Virus record (IMG/VR): IMGVR_UViG_2773857766_000004
Span: 1-64,000 of that record
DNA length: 64,000 nucleotides
Direction: 5' to 3' (one strand)
Source of the DNA: a virus
Lineage: Duplodnaviria; Caudoviricetes
Position numbers and translations under genes: made by a program. The first letter of the stretch is position 1. Every line of letters begins with the position of its first letter. Below the pieces are notes generated by a model. It saw nothing but the letters and a program-made list of their open reading frames with translations. It was not told where the DNA came from and did not search any database. This document shows positions 33,931 through 43,557 of this stretch, in pieces.

Positions 33931-34439
33931 TCACCCATCGCAGCCCCAGCTGGCAAGCGATGGGCCTCCGGATCGACGGGAGCCCCAGAGGCTCCTTAAA
34001 ACAGCGAGAGGATGAACAGGTGGCCGCCTGGCCGCCCTGCCCCTGATCCCGTGCGGCAGAAGCAAAAGCACACGCAGCGCACCCCTTTTGGAACGTGCGG
34101 CGACCCACCGGCCCCGAAGCCGGAGGTGGGGAGAACACGGCACCCGATAGTGATCGGGCACGCGGCGCCAGGCCGCCGCGGGAGCCCGTGACAGGGGAAG
34201 AAGTCCGCAACCCTCTTCGGAGGGCCATCACATCGGTCCATTGTCGCGACCCAGGTCGGTGCCAGTTGCAGTGGCCCGATGTGATGGCGACGACAACAAG
34301 CGAGTCAGGCGTCCCTGCCTGTTTCGTCATCAAGAGCGGGGCGGGGGTTCCTGGCCGTGTGCGCAGCAGGTGGAAGCCCTGCCCCCATTCCATGCGCCCT
34401 CCCGTCGAGGGCGTTTCTGTTTTTCAAGGAGCAACCACC

Positions 34440-34607
34440 ATGACAGCAACTCTCACCAAGCCCCTCACCTTCGCCCTCGCAGGCCGCCTCGTGACCAGCA
34501 GCAAGGAGGCCACGGCCATCCTGATCGACGCGATCAGGACCAGAAAGACCTGGCTCGAGCCCCAGGCGCGCAGCGTCCGCGCGAAGTTGCGCGCTGCAGG
34601 ACAGTGA
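34440..34607 (+). CDS. Hypothetical protein, first pL gene
   Basis: AAGGAG RBS before ATG at 34440. Confidence 0.6.
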   Translation: MTATLTKPLTFALAGRLVTSSKEATAILIDAIRTRKTWLEPQARSVRAKLRAAGQ

Positions 34608-34770
34608 TCACCGCGCAGCGCCTGCCCACAGCGGGTGCTGCCCAGTGCGATCCGTCGCATCCCGTTTCAGCCGCGCGCCCCGTCTCCTCCCCCTCCCTCT
34701 CATCTTGGGGCGCACCCAGGCGGCTTTTTCTTCCCCTCCCTCCCCGGCCGGAAGCCGGCACTCGATCATC

Positions 34771-35004
34771 ATGAGCCCCAAAGAAATCCAGGTCGGAAAA
34801 ACCTATGTGAACCGCGGCCAGGGCCGCACGCGCCGCACGGTTATCACCATTGGACCGAAACATGTGCCGCGCTGCTGGCACGGCTGGACGAAGCCTCCAG
34901 CGGGCACGCCGGGTGTGCTCTTCGAGCAGAACGGCCGGCGCGAAAACCTCTACCTCTCCAGCTTCGCTGCCTGGGCCGGCAAGGAAGCCCCCAACGAGGG
35001 CTGA
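34771..35004 (+). CDS. Hypothetical small beta-rich protein
   Basis: MSPKEIQVGKTYVNRG. Confidence 0.55.
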   Translation: MSPKEIQVGKTYVNRGQGRTRRTVITIGPKHVPRCWHGWTKPPAGTPGVLFEQNGRRENLYLSSFAAWAGKEAPNEG

Positions 35005-35155
35005 CACACCATTTCCGGCGTCCTGCTCAGGGCCGCCTTTCCACCGCGCCGGGGGAGTTCTCCTCCCCTCTCTCTCTTCCCCCGGCACGCCCCCTGGGGC
35101 AGCGGTCTTTCTACAACCCGGCCCCGCCCGGGGCCCCAGCCCCACGGAGCCTCGC

Positions 35156-35377
35156 ATGCCTGACGATTTCGTGCTGCCCTACCGCGACCCTGCCGGGAAG
35201 CGTTTCGTGCTCATCGGTCCCAGCTGCTACGGCCCCGTGCCCACCTTCCTGCGGTCGGTGGCCGATGTGCGCTGGCTGCTGCAGCAGTACCGGGCAGACG
35301 GATGCCACGCTGGCGTCACCGCCTGGCAGCGCCCGACGGCCGCGGCGCCGTGGCAGCTGATGCCTGCCGCGGCCTGA
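35156..35377 (+). CDS. Hypothetical protein
   Basis: GGAG RBS before ATG at 35156. Confidence 0.5.
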   Translation: MPDDFVLPYRDPAGKRFVLIGPSCYGPVPTFLRSVADVRWLLQQYRADGCHAGVTAWQRPTAAAPWQLMPAAA

Positions 35378-35509
35378 CGCGCCCACCACCTTCCCAGCCG
35401 GGCCGGGGGCTCTCCTCCCTCCCTCTCTCTTCCCCCTGCAGCCCTTCGATGGGCAACCGGCTTTTTCTCTACCAGCCCGCCTTCTGCGGGCTTTTTTTCA
35501 CCCTGAGCC

Positions 35510-38017
35510 ATGACCGACCCCTACCTCGATTTCCTGCGCAAGAAGATCAAGCTCGCCAACTTCGCCGGCTTCGACGTGGCACCAGAAGAGGTGAACCCGA
35601 AGCTGAAGCCCCACACCCGCGACATCGTGCGCTGGGCGGCCAAGGGCGGGTGCCGGGCGATCTTCGCGAGCTTCGGCTTGCACAAGACCGTGACGGCGCT
35701 GGAGCTGATGCGCTTGGTGGGCACGCACCGGCCCGGTATTCGCGGCATCGTCGCGCCGCTCGGCGTGCGCCATGAGTTCATCGGCCAGGCCGCGGAGCAT
35801 TTCCAGGGCGCCCACGCCATCGACGTGCGCTTCGTCCGCCGGGACAGCGAGATCGACGATGAGCGCACCATCTACCTCACCAACTACGAGGCCATCCGCG
35901 AGGGCAACATCAGCCCCGCGCGGTGGATCGCATCCAACCTGGACGAGGCGGATGTGCTGCGCAGCTACGGCAGCAAGACCTACCAGGAGTTCCTGCCAGC
36001 CTTCGCACCGGTGGAGTTCAAGTTCGTGCAGACGGCCACGCCCAGCCCGAACCGGTACAAGGAGCTGATCCACTACGCCGGATACCTGGGGGTGATGGAC
36101 ACGGGCCAGGCCCTGACCCGGTTCTTCCAGCGCGACAGCGAGCAGGCCGGCAACCTCACCCTGTACCCCCACAAGGAAAAGGAATTCTGGCTGTGGGTGG
36201 CGTCCTGGGCCGTATTCATCCAGCGGCCCAGCGATCTCGGCCACTCCGACGACGGCTACGACCTGCCGGCTCTGGACGTGCGGTATCACGAGGTGCAGAG
36301 CAACTATGAGACCGCTGGCGCCGAGAAGAGCGGTCAGGGGCTGCTGATCCCCGATGTGGCTTTGGGCCTGTCGGCCGCCGCGAGCGAGAAGCGCGCCAGC
36401 ATGCCCGCGCGGATCGACAAGGTGCGCGAGATCGTGAACGCTGATCCGCAGGACAGCTTCGTCATCTGGCACGACCTCGAAGACGAGCGCCACGCCCTGC
36501 AGGAAGCGATTCCGGAGGCCGTGAGCGTGTGGGGCACGCAGGATCTGGATGAGCGAGAGGACCGCATCGTGGGCTTCGGCGATGGCGCGTTCCGGCTGCT
36601 GTCCACCAAACCGGTCATCGCCGGCGCGGGCTGCAATTTCCAGCGGCACTGCCACCGCGAGGTGTTCGCTGGCATCGGCTTCAAGTTCAGGGATTTCATC
36701 CAGGCCATCCACCGCGTGCACCGCTTCGGGCAGACCAAGCCGGTGCGCATCGACATCATCCACACCGAGGCCGAACGGGAGGTGCTGCGCACGCTGCAGG
36801 AGAAGTGGCGGCAGCACGACGAAGTGCAGGCCCAGATGAGCAGCCTGATCCGCACCTACGGCCTGGACCAGCTGGCCATGCATGAGACGCTGGCCAGGAC
36901 GATCGGTGTGGAGCGGCGGGTTGTCAAGAGCGACCTCTTCGAGGTGGCCCACAACGACTGCGTGCTGGAGGCTCGCGAGCAGCCGGAGAACTCGGTGGAC
37001 CTGATCGTGACCAGCATCCCGTTCGCCAACCACTACGAGTACAGCCCCAGCTATAACGACTTCGGGCACACGGAGGGCAATGCGCACTTCTGGGAGCAGA
37101 TGGACTTCTTGACGCCGGAGCTGTACCGGATCCTGAAGCCCGGGCGGATCGCGGCGATCCATGTGAAAGACCGGGTGCTGTTCGGGAACGTGACCGGTCT
37201 GGGACGGCCCAGCATGGACTACTTCCACGAGGAGGCGTCCATGCACCTGCGCAAGCACGGCTTCCACAAGCTGGCCATCGTGACCATCACCACCGATGTG
37301 GTGCGAGAGAACAACCAGACCTACCGCCTGAGCTACTCGGAGATGTGCAAGGACGGCACCAAGATGGGCACGGGCTGCAGCGAGTACCTGCTGGTGTTCT
37401 TCAAGCCCCAGACCGACCTCTCGCGCGGGTATGCCGATGTGCCGGTGGCCCGGGCCAAGGCGGACTACAGCCTCGGCCGTTGGCAGATCGACGCGCATGC
37501 CTACTGGCGCTCGAGCGGCGACCGGCTGCTGTCTGCCGAGGAGATGGCGGCCATGGGCCCGGGCAAGCTGGCGAAGTTCTTCACGGACGACAGCATGCGG
37601 AGGATCTACGACTACCGGCGTCACGTCGCCATCGGCGAGCAGTTGGAGGAGCGCGGCGCCCTGCCCCGCGAATTCGCCTGCCTGCAGCCCGGGAGCCCCG
37701 ACCCGAACGTGTGGACCGACATCGCGCGCATGCGAACCCTGAACGGGGAACAAGCCAACCGGTCCGTCGAGAAGCACATCTGCCCGCTGCAGTTCGACAT
37801 CGTGGACCGCGCGATCGAACGCTGGAGCATGCGTGGCGAGAAGGTATATGACCCGTTCCACGGGCTCGGCACGGTCGGCGTGCGCGCCATCAAGCTCGGC
37901 CGGCGCGCCGGCGGGAGTGAACTGAACCCGGGCTACTTCGCCGACCAGGTGCACTACCTACAGGCGGCCGAGCGTGAGGCCAGCATGCCGTCGCTCTTTG
38001 ACACCCTGGAGGCCTGA
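35510..38017 (+). CDS. SNF2-like helicase fused to an N4/N6 DNA methyltransferase
   Basis: GLHKT, LDEAD, TATP and QAIHRVHRFGQ helicase motifs; DLIVTSIPF and YDPFHGLGT MTase motifs. Confidence 0.88.
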   Translation: MTDPYLDFLRKKIKLANFAGFDVAPEEVNPKLKPHTRDIVRWAAKGGCRAIFASFGLHKTVTALELMRLVGTHRPGIRGIVAPLGVRHEFIGQAAEHFQGAHAIDVRFVRRDSEIDDERTIYLTNYEAIREGNISPARWIASNLDEADVLRSYGSKTYQEFLPAFAPVEFKFVQTATPSPNRYKELIHYAGYLGVMDTGQALTRFFQRDSEQAGNLTLYPHKEKEFWLWVASWAVFIQRPSDLGHSDDGYDLPALDVRYHEVQSNYETAGAEKSGQGLLIPDVALGLSAAASEKRASMPARIDKVREIVNADPQDSFVIWHDLEDERHALQEAIPEAVSVWGTQDLDEREDRIVGFGDGAFRLLSTKPVIAGAGCNFQRHCHREVFAGIGFKFRDFIQAIHRVHRFGQTKPVRIDIIHTEAEREVLRTLQEKWRQHDEVQAQMSSLIRTYGLDQLAMHETLARTIGVERRVVKSDLFEVAHNDCVLEAREQPENSVDLIVTSIPFANHYEYSPSYNDFGHTEGNAHFWEQMDFLTPELYRILKPGRIAAIHVKDRVLFGNVTGLGRPSMDYFHEEASMHLRKHGFHKLAIVTITTDVVRENNQTYRLSYSEMCKDGTKMGTGCSEYLLVFFKPQTDLSRGYADVPVARAKADYSLGRWQIDAHAYWRSSGDRLLSAEEMAAMGPGKLAKFFTDDSMRRIYDYRRHVAIGEQLEERGALPREFACLQPGSPDPNVWTDIARMRTLNGEQANRSVEKHICPLQFDIVDRAIERWSMRGEKVYDPFHGLGTVGVRAIKLGRRAGGSELNPGYFADQVHYLQAAEREASMPSLFDTLEA

Positions 38018-38075
38018 TCCGCCTCGCCCCTCCGAGCCCGCCGCGTGCGGGCTCTTTTCGTTTCTGGAGAACCCC

Positions 38076-38363
38076 ATGGACTTACACCACCCCGCCATGC
38101 GCGACACCACGCAAGCCCCGCCCGCGGAGGCCCCCGGCACGTTCCTAGGCACCGCCGCTCTGGCGGTCCTGGCCTTCGGGCTGCTGATCTGGGCCCAGCA
38201 CGACGACAGCCAGGCCGACACCCGCCACCGGGCAGCCGCCGAGCAGGCCCACGTCGAAGCCGCCGAAGAGCGCCGCGCCGCCGCTGCGGCCCGCGCATGC
38301 GAGCCCGGCACCACCCCCGCCTGGATCGACGCCACCACCGTGCAGTGCCTGCGCGCCCGCTGA
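38076..38363 (+). CDS. Hypothetical single-TM protein
   Basis: GGAG RBS; TM segment; C-terminal Cys pair. Confidence 0.6.
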   Translation: MDLHHPAMRDTTQAPPAEAPGTFLGTAALAVLAFGLLIWAQHDDSQADTRHRAAAEQAHVEAAEERRAAAAARACEPGTTPAWIDATTVQCLRAR

Positions 38364-38418
38364 TCGCCCCTTCCCTCAACCGGCCCGCCGCGCGCGGGCC
38401 TTTTTCATGGAGAACCCC

Positions 38419-38835
38419 GTGGCAAAGCTCATCAACCCCACCCTGCAGGCCAAGCGCCAGTCGGTGGTCGATTTCCTCGCCCACGCCGTGCCGAGCGTGG
38501 CCGAGGAGGCGACCGACGGCCTCAACGACCTCGTGCACGCCACCACCGAAACCGGCAAGGGCGGCGAAATGACCATCAAGATCAAGATGCGCCCTATTGG
38601 CGGCAAGGCCGGCCAGATGGAGATCGAGGCCGAGGTGAAGACGAAGCTGCCGCAGCCCACGCGCGGCAAGACCATCCTCTTCGCGACCGCCGACAACAAC
38701 CTGCAGCGCACCGACCCCCGCCAGCAGACCCTGGACGGCGTCCGCGACGTGAACCAGGAATCCGTCGCCCAGCAGGGTGGGGTGCGCACCGTCGCGCCCG
38801 AGGCGAAGCAGGCCTTGCGCGCCGTCACCCACTGA
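38419..38835 (+). CDS. YfdP-like phage protein
   Basis: ETGKGGEMTIKIK..NLQRTDPRQ; directly upstream of the DUF2303 gene. Confidence 0.7.
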   Translation: MAKLINPTLQAKRQSVVDFLAHAVPSVAEEATDGLNDLVHATTETGKGGEMTIKIKMRPIGGKAGQMEIEAEVKTKLPQPTRGKTILFATADNNLQRTDPRQQTLDGVRDVNQESVAQQGGVRTVAPEAKQALRAVTH

Positions 38836-38871
38836 CCCCCTTCCCCAACCTGTCCACTTCAAGGAGCACCC

Positions 38872-39708
38872 ATGGACATGAACCAGTCCCAGACTGAAAC
38901 CGCGGCGCAGGAAATCATCGCCGCCAGCAACCAGCACATCCGCGACGTGTACGGCACGCCGCTGGTGATCTTGCCGGCAGGCTTCAACGTGCACCTGCTG
39001 CCCCAGCTGCTGGAGGCCCCCACCCGCAAGAAGGGTACGACGGTCCTGAACGATGCAGCGTCGTTCGTGGCCGTGGTGAACGACCAGAAGGGCGAGGACA
39101 CCCGGCTGTTCAGCACCATCGACCCGCCCACCTTCACGGCGGTGTTCAACCACATCGCGGAGGCCGCCGGCTGGGGCGACCACCGCGCGAAGTACAACGC
39201 CCCGCTGGCCCCCGAGTGGGCGGCCTGGACCGGCATGGACGGCAAGAAGCAGAACCAGGTGGACCTCGCCCAGTTCATCGAGAACAACTTGGTGGACGTG
39301 GCATTCCTGGAACCCAAGGATGGGCACCCCGGCAGCCCGGACGGTTCCACGCTGCTGGAGGTGTGCCGCACGCTCGAGGCCAAGAAGAAGGTGGACTTCA
39401 AGTCCGCGATCCGCCTGGCAGATGGCAGCACGCAATTCACGTACGACGAGGACGTGCAGGGCAGCGCGCGCCAGGGCCAGTTGCAGGTGCCCGAGCAGTT
39501 CAGCCTCGCCATCCCCGTGTTCGAGAACGGCGCCAAGTGGCGCGTGGACGTGCGGCTGCGCTACCGCATTCAGGACGGCGGCAACCTGGTGATGTGGCTA
39601 GAGCTGATCCGCCCGCAGAAGGTGATCGAGGGCGCGGTGCTGGAGCTGCGCGAGCAGATCGCCAAGGACACCGGCCTGCAGATCCTGAACGGCACGCCCA
39701 GCTCCTGA
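38872..39708 (+). CDS. DUF2303 (YfdQ-family) protein
   Basis: FTAVFNH, WGDHRAKY, AQFIENN and IPVFENG..RLRYRI motifs. Confidence 0.85.
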   Translation: MDMNQSQTETAAQEIIAASNQHIRDVYGTPLVILPAGFNVHLLPQLLEAPTRKKGTTVLNDAASFVAVVNDQKGEDTRLFSTIDPPTFTAVFNHIAEAAGWGDHRAKYNAPLAPEWAAWTGMDGKKQNQVDLAQFIENNLVDVAFLEPKDGHPGSPDGSTLLEVCRTLEAKKKVDFKSAIRLADGSTQFTYDEDVQGSARQGQLQVPEQFSLAIPVFENGAKWRVDVRLRYRIQDGGNLVMWLELIRPQKVIEGAVLELREQIAKDTGLQILNGTPSS

Positions 39709-39746
39709 GAGAGCGGCCGCCACCAGCGGCCCATGACGGGCTGGAT

Positions 39747-40007
39747 TTATCCGCCCGTCACCTCTCGGACTACATGCTGCCCGTAATGCACGGCGGCGAT
39801 CCGCGCGAGGTCATCTGTCGGATAACTCTGATCCTTGAGCGGGCGCCGATCTACGACCGTCTCGATCCGATGGCCCCCTGCTGGGTGCCGGTCAATGCGG
39901 TAGTAGGCGGCCCAGCTGCCATCGGGCAGTTGCACTGCGTCGCCGTAGACCAGGAAATCCCCCTCTTGCCAAGGATTCAGGGTCGGCAGGTGCTCAACGT
40001 TTTCCAT
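39747..40007 (-). CDS. Small antisense moron protein
   Basis: RBS AAGGAGGT before ATG at 40007. Confidence 0.7.
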   Translation of the reverse strand: MENVEHLPTLNPWQEGDFLVYGDAVQLPDGSWAAYYRIDRHPAGGHRIETVVDRRPLKDQSYPTDDLARIAAVHYGQHVVREVTGG

Positions 40008-40017
40008 GGCACCTCCT

Positions 40018-40305
40018 TCATCCGCGATGGCTGCTGCCGGCGTCAATTTGACGGGCCGCCGCTTCAAATGCCGCGTCCCTTGCCGCACGCGCGGTCGGGT
40101 AACCCGAGCTGGGGAGAGGGACCTTCACATCTTTGCCGTTTTCCCCCACTACGTACGCGTGAGCGATGAAGTCATCCGAGAGGACGTTCCACCCGAGATG
40201 CACTCGGATCCGGCTTCCTTTGTAAGGCGACTCCCATCTTTGGGGCGATTCTTCGGTGCCAATCTTGACTGGTCGGATCCGGTCGTCAGAACTTACGATT
40301 TTCAT
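40018..40305 (-). CDS. Small antisense moron protein
   Basis: RBS AAGGAGGT before ATG at 40305. Confidence 0.7.
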   Translation of the reverse strand: MKIVSSDDRIRPVKIGTEESPQRWESPYKGSRIRVHLGWNVLSDDFIAHAYVVGENGKDVKVPLPSSGYPTARAARDAAFEAAARQIDAGSSHRG

Positions 40306-40484
40306 CTCCACCTCCTTGGTTGAGCATCGAGTATGACCGAATACACCACCGGCGGGCGAGCGCCTCATACTTTTGGGCGAGGGCCGCGAGCCCGCCTGAT
40401 CGCCCCACCCCACCAGCCCGCCATGCGCGGGCTTTTTTCATTCTCCCGAGGACACCATGCCCGCACCGAAGAAGGAAACGTGAC

Positions 40485-40880
40485 ATGAACCTCCGCCAGC
40501 TGAAGAAGCAGGACAGGCGCGCCGCCGCGCTGATGATCGGCGCGGGCGATTTCTCCCCTGACGCCTTTGGCCCCGGCCGCGATGGCCGCTGGCATGTCGA
40601 ATGGCGGTGCAGCTACGAATACGACGAGTGGGACAGTTGCCCAGCCTGGGAAAAGTGGATGGGCATGCGAGCGTGGGAGCACCCCAGCGCCTGCGCGTGG
40701 TACGGATTCGATGACCGCACGGGCGAGCCGATCCCAGAGGACCAGCGCCCGCGCGGCATGCGACCCCACGAGGCCCGCGAGTTCTACGCGCTGCGCGCCC
40801 CCGCCGGCTTCCGCTGGCGCGGCCGCCGCGTGGTGCCCGTGGACAAGCACGGCGCCATGGTGCGACGCGCAAGGCGCTGA
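40485..40880 (+). CDS. Hypothetical Trp-rich phage protein
   Basis: AAGGA RBS before ATG at 40485. Confidence 0.6.
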   Translation: MNLRQLKKQDRRAAALMIGAGDFSPDAFGPGRDGRWHVEWRCSYEYDEWDSCPAWEKWMGMRAWEHPSACAWYGFDDRTGEPIPEDQRPRGMRPHEAREFYALRAPAGFRWRGRRVVPVDKHGAMVRRARR

Positions 40881-41117
40881 ATCCCCGCCGCCGCGGCGGA
40901 CACCAGGATGATGAGGTGGAGGGGGTCGATCGCTATGAAGAGCTGCATACCGGTTCCTTTCAGAGCCCGCCGCCAGGTGAACAGCACCCAGTCCGGCGCG
41001 ACTTGTTCCCACTGTTCCACCAAATCTGAAAAACAGGCTGCGGCACGATTTCAGACTTGACAACCCACTGATACCACCTGGCCCGCCGCGAGCGGGCTTT
41101 TCCTTTTCGGAGCCCGC

Positions 41118-43127
41118 ATGAAGCGTGACGCCTTCACCCTCCCGCTCGCATTCCCCGGCGAGCTGATCATCGACAACTTCGCGGGCGGCGGCGGCACGTC
41201 AACCGGGCTGGAGGCCGCATTCGGCAGGCCCGTGGACATCGCCATCAACCACGACCCCGAGGCGCTGGCCATGCACGCCATCAACCACCCGCACACCCAG
41301 CACCTGTGCGAGAGCGTGTGGGATGTGGACCCGATCGCCGTGACCGGGAACCAGCCGGTGGGCCTCGTGTGGCTGTCGCCGGACTGCAAGCACTTCAGCA
41401 AGGCCAAGGGCGGCACGCCGGTGGCGAAGCACATCCGCGGCCTGGCCTGGGTGGGCATGCGCTGGGTGGCGCTCTGCAAGCCCCGCGTGCTCATGCTCGA
41501 GAACGTCGAGGAGTTCCAGACCTGGGGCCCGCTGCTGGTGGGAGCCGACGGCACCGCCCGCCCGGACCCCGCGCGCAAGGGTAAGACGTTCCAGAGCTTC
41601 GTGCGGCAGCTGCGCGCGCACGGGTACGCAGTGGACTGGCGCGAGCTGCGCGCCTGCGACAACGGCGCGCCGACGATCCGCAAGCGCCTGTTCTTGATCG
41701 CGCGCCGCGACGGCCTGCCGATCCAGTGGCCCGAGCAGACGCACGCCGCGCCCACCGATCGCCGCGTGCTCGCCGGAAAGCTGGCGCCCTACCGCACGGC
41801 GGCCGAGTGCATCGACTTCAGCCTGGAGGCGGCCAGCATCTTCGACCGCCCGCGGCCGCTGGCCATCAACACCCAGCGCCGCGTCGCTAAGGGCCTGTTC
41901 CGGCACGTCCTGACCAGCGCGGCCCCCTTCATCGTGGGCGTGGGCGGCAGGATGGGCCAGAGCCCCGCGCGCAGCGTGCACACGCCCGCGCAGACCATCA
42001 CGGCCAAGGCGGACAGCTGCATCGCGCAGCCGGTGCTGACGCCCTACATGGTCAATACCCGCAACGGCGAGCGCGCCGGCCAGCAGCCCCGCGTGCGCAG
42101 CGCCCAGGCGCCGTACTGGACGGTGACGGGCCTAGGATCACAGGGCGCGCTGGCGGCGCCGGTGATCGCCCCGCTACGCGGCACCAGCGAGCAGCACCTG
42201 CAGTGCGACGATGCCCGGGAGCCGCTTTCCACCGTGTCGGCCGGCGGCACGCACCACGCCCTGGCCGGCGCCGTGCTGGCGGCCGCGATCGTCACCAACA
42301 CGACCGGGCACCCGGGCGCGACGGCGGACACGCCGCTGGCGACCATCACCACCGGTGGCCACCATGCCATGGCGGCGATGCACATTACGAAGTTCAACAC
42401 GGGCTCCGTGGGTTCCGGCCTGGACGAGCCCCTGCGCACCGTCACGGCCGGAGGAACGCCCAGCCGCCCCAGCACCGGTATCCAGATGGGCATGGTGTCC
42501 GCGTTCCTGGAGCAGGCCAACGGCGGGTTCTACGACGGCGACGGCCGGCCCGTGGGAGCCCCGGCCAGCACCATCACCAGCAGCGGCGCGCAGCAGCGGC
42601 TGGTGACGGCCTACCTGGTCAAGTACTACAGCGAAGGCGGCCAGGACAGCGCCTGCGGCGCGCCGATGCACACCGTGCCGACCAAGGCCCGAATGGGCCT
42701 CGTGCAGACCGTGCAGGTGCCGGCCGACTGCCTGGCGCCGGAGCACCAGGCCCGCGCGCGGCAGTGCGCCGAGCTGCTGCACACGCACCTGCCCGAGCAG
42801 TTTCCCGACCCGGCCGGCCTGGTGCTGATGCAACACGCTGGCCAGTGGTGGGTGCTGGTGGACATCACGCTGCGCATGCTCAAGCCGGTGGAGCTGTTCC
42901 GCGCCCAGGGCTTCCCCGAGGACTACGTGATCCACGAGATCCCAGACCCTGCCCTGCTCTTCGCGGGCGGGAAGCAGGCGGCACATCCGCTCGAGGTGCC
43001 GCGCATCCCGCTCACCGCCACGGCGCAGGTCCGCATGTGCGGCAACAGCGTCAGCCCGCCGCAGGCCGAGGCCCTGGTCCGCGCCAACTTCGGACACGAG
43101 ACGGCCTGGATGGCCGTCGCCGCATGA
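41118..43127 (+). CDS. Orphan C5-cytosine DNA methyltransferase
   Basis: DNFAGGGG, SPDCKHFS, ENVEEF, RKRLF and CGNSV motifs; internal EPLxTVTAGG repeats. Confidence 0.93.
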   Translation: MKRDAFTLPLAFPGELIIDNFAGGGGTSTGLEAAFGRPVDIAINHDPEALAMHAINHPHTQHLCESVWDVDPIAVTGNQPVGLVWLSPDCKHFSKAKGGTPVAKHIRGLAWVGMRWVALCKPRVLMLENVEEFQTWGPLLVGADGTARPDPARKGKTFQSFVRQLRAHGYAVDWRELRACDNGAPTIRKRLFLIARRDGLPIQWPEQTHAAPTDRRVLAGKLAPYRTAAECIDFSLEAASIFDRPRPLAINTQRRVAKGLFRHVLTSAAPFIVGVGGRMGQSPARSVHTPAQTITAKADSCIAQPVLTPYMVNTRNGERAGQQPRVRSAQAPYWTVTGLGSQGALAAPVIAPLRGTSEQHLQCDDAREPLSTVSAGGTHHALAGAVLAAAIVTNTTGHPGATADTPLATITTGGHHAMAAMHITKFNTGSVGSGLDEPLRTVTAGGTPSRPSTGIQMGMVSAFLEQANGGFYDGDGRPVGAPASTITSSGAQQRLVTAYLVKYYSEGGQDSACGAPMHTVPTKARMGLVQTVQVPADCLAPEHQARARQCAELLHTHLPEQFPDPAGLVLMQHAGQWWVLVDITLRMLKPVELFRAQGFPEDYVIHEIPDPALLFAGGKQAAHPLEVPRIPLTATAQVRMCGNSVSPPQAEALVRANFGHETAWMAVAA

Positions 43128-43164
43128 CCCCGCCCCACAGGGCACCACAACACAGGAGGCCGCA

Positions 43165-43557
43165 ATGGCTGAATACCTCATCGCCCACGTCGGGCACACC
43201 GGAAAGTGGGACGAGCATATTTGCTGGTGGAAGCCTGAGAGCAAGGGCTACACGATCTGCACCGCGAAGGCTGGCCGGTACACCGCCGAGAAGGCGCGGG
43301 AAATCTGCACCAGCTCCGAGTGCATCGCCGTGCCAGCAGAAGCGGCCGAAGGCCTGGCACGCACGACACCCTACTTCTGGCAGTCCAACGGCTCGCTCGC
43401 GAAGCTCTACGACGGAGGACCGCATACCCCCGTCGAGAACAGCAGCAGGGCCTGGACCAAGCTCAAGGCTGATGCCCTGGTCATCGGGAAGTACGCCAAG
43501 CCCACGCCCATGGCGCCGTCCCGCGCGCGGGCAATCTACCTGGAGCCCCAGCCGTGA
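43165..43557 (+). CDS. Hypothetical phage protein
   Basis: AGGAGG RBS; WWKPESKGYT..AGRY. Confidence 0.7.
   Translation: MAEYLIAHVGHTGKWDEHICWWKPESKGYTICTAKAGRYTAEKAREICTSSECIAVPAEAAEGLARTTPYFWQSNGSLAKLYDGGPHTPVENSSRAWTKLKADALVIGKYAKPTPMAPSRARAIYLEPQP

Noticed and set aside
34334-34392. Additional tRNA in the pL leader
   Set aside because: A T-arm-like hairpin and CCA are present but there is no TTC motif, D arm or anticodon arm; kept only as part of the structured leader.
35498-37954. 818-aa minus-strand ORF
   Set aside because: Antisense shadow of the helicase-methyltransferase gene.
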